From assembly GCA_963776495.1 (NCBI GenBank), contig CAVZMW010000006.1, forward strand, positions 1,263,954 to 1,327,953: a stretch of 64,000 bases of DNA, written 5' to 3'. This DNA is from an uncultured Acidobacteriota bacterium. GTDB taxonomy: Bacteria; Acidobacteriota; Vicinamibacteria; Vicinamibacterales; Fen-181. The translations under genes were made by a program, and so were the position numbers. Numbering within the stretch: position 1 is the first letter of the stretch; the number at the start of each line of letters is the position of its first letter. The notes beneath the pieces are model-generated. The model was not told where the DNA came from and did no database searches. It saw only the letters and a program-made list of their open reading frames with translations. Of this stretch, positions 9,661 to 17,019 are shown piece by piece.

Positions 9661-10746
9661 CTACGGACGGGCCCGGAACCACCGCAGCACGAACCCCCGG
9701 GCCCGCCCAAACGGGCCCCGGGCGCGTTCGCCAGCTTCCTCGAGCAGGTAGGTGTGCCAGTCGTCGCGTTCGCTCGTGACGCGCAGCGGGGCCAGGGCCA
9801 GCAGTCCCGTCGGGCCGATCGAGCGGCGGAGGTAGCGCAGTTCGTCCAGTTTCGCCCTCAGGTCCGGGCCGGGTTCGACCGCGAGCCCTGTCTCGCGGGC
9901 CATCAGCATCCCCTTGGCGCGGATGGCCAGCTCCAGCTCGACCCGAAGCAGGCAGAACATGTCGGCCACCACCGGGCCGGGGAAATGGTCACGGAGTTCG
10001 ACGAGGTACTGACCCAGCCGGGTCTGGCCGAAGCTGGGAGACGTGACCAGGTGCAGCAGTTCCACGTCGAGGTCCAGCCCTTCTCCGACCCACTCGCGCG
10101 TCGCCCGTTCGCTCCGCTCGAACGCGAAGGTGACGACCACCGGCAGCGCGATCAGCAGCACGCACGTCTGCACGACCGGCGGCATGGGGAAGTGGTTGAA
10201 CACCGAATGGAGCACGACCGGCAGACCGAGGGCGGCCGCCGGCATCAGCATCCCGCGCCCCGGATGCCGCTCGATGAGACCTCGCGCGAGCATGGCGAAC
10301 AGGCTGGTCAGCGCCCCGTGCAGGATGGCCGGTCCGAAGCCGCGCACGAGCCACAGCGCGACGCGCGCGTGGGGCAGCGCTTGCAGGTAGTAGACGTTCT
10401 CGACGAGCGCGAACCCGGTGCCGACGGCGAACCCGACGAGCGCCGCGTCCACGAGGAACGCCAGGCGCCGCCGTCTGAGCAGGACGACCACGTAAACGGC
10501 CTTGAGCGGCTCTTCGATGAGCGGCGCCAGGTAGCGCGGGAGCACCAGGTCGAACAGTCCCGGCGGCAGGAGGCCCGCCGCCCGCAGCCCCTTCTCGATG
10601 GTCAGCGCCGCCACGGCGCTCGCCGCGCCGGCCAGGATCGCCAGGGCGAGCGCCCTGAACGGCACCAGCTTGAAGCTGTCCATCAGGAGCAGGACGCCCA
10701 GGAAGACGAGCACCGGGAGGAGGGCCGCCGCGACGCTGATCGGCAC
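9661..10746 (-). CDS. PrsW-family intramembrane metalloprotease with a ~150-aa cytoplasmic tail
   Basis: Multi-pass membrane protein carrying the PrsW/CPBP signatures LIEEPLK (EExxK), FALVEN, ILHGALT and LHSVFNH (HxxxN). Confidence 0.7.
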   Translation of the reverse strand: MPISVAAALLPVLVFLGVLLLMDSFKLVPFRALALAILAGAASAVAALTIEKGLRAAGLLPPGLFDLVLPRYLAPLIEEPLKAVYVVVLLRRRRLAFLVDAALVGFAVGTGFALVENVYYLQALPHARVALWLVRGFGPAILHGALTSLFAMLARGLIERHPGRGMLMPAAALGLPVVLHSVFNHFPMPPVVQTCVLLIALPVVVTFAFERSERATREWVGEGLDLDVELLHLVTSPSFGQTRLGQYLVELRDHFPGPVVADMFCLLRVELELAIRAKGMLMARETGLAVEPGPDLRAKLDELRYLRRSIGPTGLLALAPLRVTSERDDWHTYLLEEAGERARGPFGRARGFVLRWFRARP

Positions 10747-10756
10747 GGCCCGAATT

Positions 10757-13700
10757 CTACCTGAGGACCTTCAGCGAGACCATCGCTTCCCGCCGGGGCG
10801 AGTGATCCTTCTCGAAGGCGACCGCGCCGCCTACCGAGAACATCATGTCGAGGGTGGACAGGATGGTGAACTGGAAGTCCAGCTGACCGCCGACATCGGC
10901 CAGCACGTGCCGCACGGACCGGGAATCGACGTTGGTGGCCAGCCCGCCGGCGAAGAGCGCCGGGCGCATCCAGGAGACGTAGAAGCCGGGCCGCCCCGCG
11001 CGGCTGAACCGGACCGGCGGGAGGTCCCACTCCAGCACCGATTTCACGAAGTTCCGCCCGCCGACCTCGTTCAGATTCGCGCCGGGAAAGCTGTACCGCT
11101 CGCGGTACCGCTTCTCGCTCCCGTGGTCCACCCAGTTGTTGCCAAAGCCGCCGAAGTAGAAATTCGAGAAGACGGTGTCGGCCGGCCGGGGCGAGAACCC
11201 GGCGGCGTTCAGCAGCCACAACGACCAGTGGTGGCCGCCCGGCAGCGCCAGGCCCTCGTCGAAGGTGGCGTAGAAATGCGGGTAGGCCTGACCGCCGACG
11301 TAGTCGGCCTGCGCCACCAGTTTCGCCCGCGTTCCCTTCTCGTCGTCCACGTGGCCGAGCGACCAGCGCACGTTGCTGTAGGTGAGATCGACCTGGGCCG
11401 AGGCGAGCTTGGTCACCGACACCGGCACGTTCTGGTAGTCGGGCAGGCGATCGAGATTCCCCGAGACGCTCGCATCGATATTCAGGTCCAGCTTCCGGGG
11501 CTCGTCGTAGATGAGCGTGCGCGTGTGCCCGGCTCCGAAGACGTATCCCTTGCGCCCCTTCTTCGTCGGGCCGAAGAGATCGTAGAAATCGGCGTTGTTC
11601 AGCTCCGCCCTCGCCTTCCAGACGCCGGGCAGGAACCTGTTGATGCTGTATCGCGAGAGGTCGGCGCGCAGGTGCACCCGTTCGCTGTCACGGAGGCCTC
11701 CCGCCGGCGAGTAGCTGACCGACACGCCGAGGTGCGCCAGTTGGAGCGGGTCCGACAGGTTGACGCGGATGCCGACCGCCTGCGTGTCCTTGTAGCCCTG
11801 GACGATCGGGTAGACCGACTCCAGCGCGATGCCGGAGGTGAGACGGTACGGCCCTTGCCGCTTGGGCATCGTGTCGTACGGAACCTTGGATGGCGGCGGG
11901 ACCTGCCATTGCTGCAGGACCGGGTATTTCTCGATGACCTGTTGCCCCAGGAACGTGATCGGGTTGATGTCGGTGAGCGGCTGCACCGTGATGCGGGTGG
12001 GCACGAAGCCATTCCCCGAGTACCGGAAGACGAGCAGGTCGTCCCCCTCGAGCGGGATCGGGCGGAAGAACCCGGTTTCCGCGTTGGTCAGCGCCTCGAC
12101 CTTCCCGGCGGACAGGTCGTAGCGGAAGATGTTGGACACGCCCGTCGAATACGAGCTGCCGTACAGGTAGCGGCCGTCTGCCGAGAAGACGAAGCCCTGG
12201 GGCACCGACGCGCCGAAGCCGAACTGCGCGACCGGCGTGACATCGCCCTCGAGCAGCTTCGCGAGTTCGAACACGCGCACGGTCTGCTGCCCGTCGACCT
12301 CGCCGAACGACGCGGAGAGGTAGCGGCCGTCGCGCGACACATCGAGGTCGTACGGCACCGTCCCGTACGGAAACGTCTTCACCTGGTTCCACTCGGTGTA
12401 GGGCCGCGGGATCCGGACGATGGTGCAGAGGCCGTTCAGGTGGCGGATGCCCCACAGCGACCCGTCCGCCTGGTCGAAGGCCAGGTCGCCGATCCGCGCG
12501 TCCTTCATCAGCAGGCGTGTCTTCTTCGTCGCCGGATCGAGGGCGACCAGGTCGCGGAAGGCCGTGTTGTCGTTGGTGTAGAACAGCGTGCGCGATCCCG
12601 GGTCCCACGCGAGCGACGTGACGGTGTAGATGACCGGGTCCTTGATGTCCGCCAGCCGCTCGACCCTGCCGGAGTCGAGCGAGATCGCGCCCACGTGGGC
12701 GACGGCGCCCTGGTAGTTGAAGGCGCCGTAGATCGTTCGCGTCGAGCGATCGTAGTAGGACCTCGAAATCGACCCGAGCGCTCGCGGCGAAATGTCGTGC
12801 GTGGCGGTCACCGGGTACTTCCGGATCGCCTCGAGGTTCTTCTGCTGGAACGAGTGCTCGAACGCCACCCACTCGGCCCACGCGTCCTCGATCGAGCGGC
12901 CGTAGACCTTCTTGAACTGGGTCGCGTAGTACGCGCGGCTGCCGGGCGTGCGTGACAGCCACTCGACGAACTTCTCGGGCGAGTAGCGGTAGGCGAGCCA
13001 CGTCATGAACCGCTCGCCGTAGAGATAGGAGTTGATCTGCAGCTGGAAATCGATCTTGGTCCCCTCGGAGGCCAGGCCCAGCGGGTCGTAGAAGCGGGCC
13101 TGGTCGCGGACCTTCGACCGGAAGACCATCTCGTCGTAGCCGCCCTGCGCGCGGCCGATGCCGCCCGCCATCCAGGTGTCGGTGAAGACGGCCGAGCCCT
13201 CGTGGTACCAGCGCGGCGCGGCCACCCGCGGCGACGTGAGATAGAAGTACAGGATGGTCTCCGGCTGGTCGGCGATCGGCGTCACCTTCCCCTGGAACAG
13301 GCGGCGGAAGACGCGGTCCGGCCCGGCCGCTCCGTCCATCGTCGCCACGTGGACCAGTTCGTGATTCATGATCACGATCACGCGATCATTGGCGGCGAGC
13401 GTCTCGAACGAGTAGTTGAGCGGCGAGATCTGGATCTGCAGCGTGTCGCGAGGCACCGTGCCGGCGCTCGCGTCCCCCGTGTCGGAGAAATCGGCGAGCA
13501 GCACCGTGACCTTCTCCCACGGCTCGTAGTTCCACAGGCGCCGCTGGAACGCCAGGGAGGTGAGGAAGGCGCGCGCGGCGTGGGGCACGAGATACGATTC
13601 GCTGCCTTCGAAGTAGATCAGTCGCAGCGAGTCCACGTTGAGTTCGCCCATCTGCGCGGAGGCCGGCGCGCCCGCCGCGAGGAGCGCAAGCGCCGGGAGG

Positions 13701-13765
13701 ACGCGAGCCAGGACGCGACGAACCGTCAGGGGGCGGGCGGGCCGGCCGGCGGATGACAAGGCCAT
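10757..13765 (-). CDS. exported Peptidase_MA-like / beta-propeller / Omp85-like beta-barrel protein (1002 aa)
   Basis: ATG 13765 after GGAGGGG. Signal peptide LPALALLAAGAPASAQ. NHELVHV...WYHEGSAVF is the gluzincin HExxH...E pattern of Peptidase_MA_2. The central region carries TolB-like repeats (SRDGRYLSASF, SADGRYLYGSS, DPGSRTLFYTN). The C-terminal third is a barrel-like region (FYFGGFGNNW...). Confidence 0.6.
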   Translation of the reverse strand: MALSSAGRPARPLTVRRVLARVLPALALLAAGAPASAQMGELNVDSLRLIYFEGSESYLVPHAARAFLTSLAFQRRLWNYEPWEKVTVLLADFSDTGDASAGTVPRDTLQIQISPLNYSFETLAANDRVIVIMNHELVHVATMDGAAGPDRVFRRLFQGKVTPIADQPETILYFYLTSPRVAAPRWYHEGSAVFTDTWMAGGIGRAQGGYDEMVFRSKVRDQARFYDPLGLASEGTKIDFQLQINSYLYGERFMTWLAYRYSPEKFVEWLSRTPGSRAYYATQFKKVYGRSIEDAWAEWVAFEHSFQQKNLEAIRKYPVTATHDISPRALGSISRSYYDRSTRTIYGAFNYQGAVAHVGAISLDSGRVERLADIKDPVIYTVTSLAWDPGSRTLFYTNDNTAFRDLVALDPATKKTRLLMKDARIGDLAFDQADGSLWGIRHLNGLCTIVRIPRPYTEWNQVKTFPYGTVPYDLDVSRDGRYLSASFGEVDGQQTVRVFELAKLLEGDVTPVAQFGFGASVPQGFVFSADGRYLYGSSYSTGVSNIFRYDLSAGKVEALTNAETGFFRPIPLEGDDLLVFRYSGNGFVPTRITVQPLTDINPITFLGQQVIEKYPVLQQWQVPPPSKVPYDTMPKRQGPYRLTSGIALESVYPIVQGYKDTQAVGIRVNLSDPLQLAHLGVSVSYSPAGGLRDSERVHLRADLSRYSINRFLPGVWKARAELNNADFYDLFGPTKKGRKGYVFGAGHTRTLIYDEPRKLDLNIDASVSGNLDRLPDYQNVPVSVTKLASAQVDLTYSNVRWSLGHVDDEKGTRAKLVAQADYVGGQAYPHFYATFDEGLALPGGHHWSLWLLNAAGFSPRPADTVFSNFYFGGFGNNWVDHGSEKRYRERYSFPGANLNEVGGRNFVKSVLEWDLPPVRFSRAGRPGFYVSWMRPALFAGGLATNVDSRSVRHVLADVGGQLDFQFTILSTLDMMFSVGGAVAFEKDHSPRREAMVSLKVLR

Positions 13766-13900
13766 CGAATCCCCTCCACGTTGGCTTCGCGCACCGACGG
13801 TCGCCCACTCCGTTCGCGGCCGGGCGGCCATGAACGCAGAACCGCCCGGCGGTCTCCACGCAGGAGGCTGCCGGGCGCTCTGTCTTGCCGAGGAGCGGCG

Positions 13901-15547
13901 CTACCGCCGCAGGAGGCTCGCCGAGAACACCGACGGGTTCTGCAGCGCCTGTCGGAACGCCGCGTTGGTGAACGCCTTCGTGAGGTCCGGGTTGTCGAAC
14001 GCTTTGGAGATGGCCGGGTCGGCGAACGCCTTCGAGATGGCCGGGTCGGCGAACGCCTTCGAGATGGCCGGATCCGCGAACGCCTTCGAGATGGCCGGAT
14101 CCGCGAACGCCTTCGAGACGGCCGGGTCCGCGAACGCCTTCGAGACGGCCGGGTCCGCGAACGCCTTGGCGACGGCCGGGTCCGCGAACGCCTTCGAGAC
14201 GGCCGGATCCGCGAACGCCTTCGCGACGGCCGGATCCGTGAACGCTTTCGCGACGGCCGGATCCGCGAACGCCTTCGAGACGGCCGGATCCGCGAACGCT
14301 TTCGAGACGGCCGGGTCCGCGAACGCTTTCGAGACGGCCGGGTCCGCGAACGCCTTCGAGACGGCCGGATCCGCGAACGCCTTCGCGACCGCGGGGTCGG
14401 CGAACGCCTTGGCGACGGCCGGATCCGCAAACGCCTTCGCGATTGCGGGGTCGGCGAACGCTTTCGAGACTGCCGGTTTGTTGAGCGCCTTGGCGACGGC
14501 CGGATCCGCAAACGCCTTCGCGACAGCCGGATCCGCGAACGCCTTGGCGACGGCCGGGTCCGCGAACGCCTTGGCGACGGCCGGGTCCGCGAACGCCTTG
14601 GCGACAGCCGGATCCGCAAACGCCTTCGCGACAGCCGGATCCGCGAACGCCTTGGCGACAGCCGGATCCGCGAACGCCTTGGCGACGGCCGGGTCCGCAA
14701 ACGCCTTCGCGACGGCCGGGTCCGCAAACGCCTTCGCGACGGCCGGGTCCGCAAACGCCTTCGCGACGGCCGGGTCCGCAAACGCCTTCGCGACGGCCGG
14801 ATCTGCGAACGCCTTCGAGACAGCCGGGTCCGCAAACGCCTTCGCGATTGCGGGGTCGGCGAACGCCTTCGCGACGGCCGGGTCGGCGAGCGCCTTGCAA
14901 AGCGCCGCGTTGCCCAGCAGCGCACGCACGTTCTTGTCCTTGAGCAGCCGGTCGAAGGAGTCGCTCTGCAAGAACGCCTGCACTTCGGCGTTGTCGAGCA
15001 CGACGTCCTTCGAAGACGGTTGCGCTCCGCGGTAGCGATCGGCGGCCCCAATCGTGCCCTGGGCGCCCTGGTCGACCGACCGGGTGCCGTTGAAGTACAC
15101 GACCGCGAGAACGACGATGACCGCGAGTCCGGCGATCCCCCACAGCGCCTTCTTTGCCACGATCACACCTCCTCCGGCCATGCCGGCCTTGCGGTACGAC
15201 TCCACGTGAGCCTTGTCCTGCTCGGAATGATGCGGGAACCCGTCGAAAAGTTGGTGGCCCATGCCGCCTGCCAACGCGCCGACCCGTTCGCGCCACCCGC
15301 GGCGAGGGGGCGGGGACTCGGCCACCGCGGCCATCACCCGCTCGGCGAGCGCCGTCGGGGGAGACGGCCGTCCTGGCGCCCCGAGCAGCGCCGCCAGTTG
15401 TTCGAGGCTGTCCGCCCGTGCCCGGAGCGCCGGATCCTCGACCAGGCGGGCGCGCAGGACCGCAGCCTCCTCGTCCGAGAGCGTCCCGTCGAGCGCACGG
15501 TGCAGGAATTCCTCGTCGCGAGGCGCGATCATCTTGTCCTTTTCCAT
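13901..15547 (-). CDS. single-pass anti-sigma factor with a nonapeptide-repeat extracytoplasmic domain
   Basis: ATG 15547 lies inside the 3' end of the sigma gene. N-terminus MEKDKMIAPRDEEFLHRALDGTLSDEEAAVLRARL is anti-sigma-like. One TM segment (ALWGIAGLAVIVVLAVVYF). About 35 KAFADPAVA-type repeats follow. Confidence 0.7.
   Translation of the reverse strand: MEKDKMIAPRDEEFLHRALDGTLSDEEAAVLRARLVEDPALRARADSLEQLAALLGAPGRPSPPTALAERVMAAVAESPPPRRGWRERVGALAGGMGHQLFDGFPHHSEQDKAHVESYRKAGMAGGGVIVAKKALWGIAGLAVIVVLAVVYFNGTRSVDQGAQGTIGAADRYRGAQPSSKDVVLDNAEVQAFLQSDSFDRLLKDKNVRALLGNAALCKALADPAVAKAFADPAIAKAFADPAVSKAFADPAVAKAFADPAVAKAFADPAVAKAFADPAVAKAFADPAVAKAFADPAVAKAFADPAVAKAFADPAVAKAFADPAVAKAFADPAVAKAFADPAVAKAFADPAVAKALNKPAVSKAFADPAIAKAFADPAVAKAFADPAVAKAFADPAVSKAFADPAVSKAFADPAVSKAFADPAVSKAFADPAVAKAFTDPAVAKAFADPAVSKAFADPAVAKAFADPAVSKAFADPAVSKAFADPAISKAFADPAISKAFADPAISKAFADPAISKAFDNPDLTKAFTNAAFRQALQNPSVFSASLLRR
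13967..14905. repeat. tandem 27-bp repeat, about 35 units (939 nt / 27), coding
   Basis: The plus strand reads ...gccgggtccgcgaacgccttcgcgac... repeated head to tail. The minus-strand frame gives K-A-F-A-D-P-A-(V/I)-(A/S). The units at both ends and one internal unit (ALNKPAVS) are degenerate. Confidence 0.9.
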
Positions 15548-16080
15548 GACAGGAGATCCTCCCCAAGCCGCTGCCGCGCCGAGTAGAGCCGCGATTTCAC
15601 CTTCTTCTCGGGGACCCCGAGCACGCCGGCGATCTCGACGTACCGACAGGTTCGCATAGTGGCGCAACACGATGACCTCGCGCGAGATCGATGGCAGCCG
15701 CAGGAGGGCGGCCTGCACGTCGGCCCGCAACTCCGCTCGCTCGGCGTCCCGGTGGGGATCCTCCCGCGCCGCCAGCCTCGCGTCGAGCGGCTCCAGCGCC
15801 CGGCGCGACCGCCGGACGTTCAGGCACTCGTTCACGAGGATGCGGTAGACCCAGCTGAAGAACTTGTGCCTTCGGTCGAACGTCTGGAGTTTCCGGTAGG
15901 CGCGGACGAACGCGTCCTGGACGGCGTCGGCCGCCTGGTCGCCGTCGCCGAGCAGGCGGATGGCGACGCCGAACAGCACCCGCTGGTGGCGTTCCACGAG
16001 CGGCCGGTAGGCCGCCCGATCCCCCCGAGGACCCGTTCGACGAGGACGATGTCGTCGTCCTCACCTATAGGCAATGACAC
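15529..16080 (-). pseudogene. ECF (group 4) sigma-70 factor, frame interrupted twice as assembled
   Basis: Three frames must be joined. They read (GTG 16080) VSLPIGEDDDIVLVERVLGG, then DRAAYRPLVERHQRVLFGVAIRLLGDGDQAADAVQDAFVRAYRKL...VIVLRHYANLS, then YVEIAGVLGVPEKKVKSRLYSARQRLGEDLLSWKRTR*. One base is missing in the C6 run 16021-16026. One extra base lies at GTACC 15640-15644. Confidence 0.75.
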
Positions 16081-16162
16081 GGAGCCCCCCGGAATAGTTG
16101 GCCGAGAAGGCGCGACCCGATGCGGCAGGCGGCATACATATACCACGATCTCGGGTGGTATC

Positions 16163-16642
16163 ATGATCGCGTTTTCGCCGACGCCAATGTCCTCGACGCC
16201 TCGAGCCACCGTGCGCGTCGCCCCCGATCCAGCCGGGATCGCCTTGGCGGCCGACCGCCTCGATCGGTTCTGGGCGGAAGCCGGGCTCGACCCGGGCTCG
16301 GCCTGGCCGGTCCACGTGGCGCTCGACGAAGTCCTGTCGAACATCGTGCGCCATGGAGGGGCCGCCGGAAGCGTGCCGCTCATCGACGTCACGTTCACCC
16401 GCGCCGACAGCGGGGGCGTCGAGGTGACCGTCGTCGACGACGGGCCGGAATTCGATCCCCTGCAGGTGCCGGAACCCGATCTCGCGTCGCCGCTCGACGT
16501 GCGCCGTGCGGGCGGACTCGGCATCCACCTGGTCAGGCACCTGATGGACAAGGTGGCATACGCGCGCCGCGGGGAACGCAACTGGCTCGTCATCGCCCAC
16601 CGTGCCCGGCCGGCCGGTTCGCCGGACCGCGAGAGGGACTGA
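16163..16642 (+). CDS. RsbW/SpoIIAB-like anti-sigma regulatory factor (serine kinase, HATPase_c)
   Basis: ATG 16163. Motifs LDEVLSNIVRHG (N-box-like) and DDGPEFDP...GGLGIHLVRHLMD (G-boxes). About 160 aa, typical of partner-switching kinases. Confidence 0.7.
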   Translation: MIAFSPTPMSSTPRATVRVAPDPAGIALAADRLDRFWAEAGLDPGSAWPVHVALDEVLSNIVRHGGAAGSVPLIDVTFTRADSGGVEVTVVDDGPEFDPLQVPEPDLASPLDVRRAGGLGIHLVRHLMDKVAYARRGERNWLVIAHRARPAGSPDRERD

Positions 16643-16646
16643 ACGA

Positions 16647-16991
16647 ATGGACATCCACCAGGAACGCCTCGGCCAGGTGCTGGTCATCGCGCCAGCCGGC
16701 CGCCTCGACTCCACGACCACGGATGCGCTCGAGCAGGCGTTGACGGCGGCGCACGGGGGCGGGGAGCGCCATGTCGTCATCGACTTCGGCGGCGTGGACT
16801 ACATCAGCAGCCTCGGCTTGCGCGCGCTGCTCGTCGCCGCCAGGCGGATGCGGGAGCGCCGGGGCACGCTGGTGCTCTGCGTCCTGGGCGACGCCGTGCG
16901 CCAGGTGTTCGAGCTCGCCGGCTTCCTGTCGCTCTTCATCGTCGAACCGACCCGGGAGCAGGCCGTGACACGCTGCGGGTCGGACGCCTAG
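16647..16991 (+). CDS. STAS-domain anti-anti-sigma factor (RsbV/SpoIIAA-like)
   Basis: MDIHQERLGQVLVIAPAGRLDSTTTDALEQAL...DFGGVDYISSLGLRALL contains the phosphorylatable DYISS(L)G motif. Confidence 0.8.
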   Translation: MDIHQERLGQVLVIAPAGRLDSTTTDALEQALTAAHGGGERHVVIDFGGVDYISSLGLRALLVAARRMRERRGTLVLCVLGDAVRQVFELAGFLSLFIVEPTREQAVTRCGSDA

Positions 16992-17019
16992 CCCGGGCTG
17001 GGAGAAAGGCCGGACCGTC

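Noticed and set aside
13967-14905. Possible CRISPR array, because of regular short repeats
   Set aside because: The units are contiguous (27 nt, no spacers), lie inside a coding frame, and no cas genes are present.
13386-15586. Four long ORFs (726, 465, 441 and 601 aa) across the tandem-repeat region
   Set aside because: They are the other frames and the antisense strand of the 27-bp repeat (for example NAFETAGSA, or RRRSR-type strings). Only the KAFADPAVA frame is continuous with a signal/TM-bearing anti-sigma N-terminus and follows the sigma gene.
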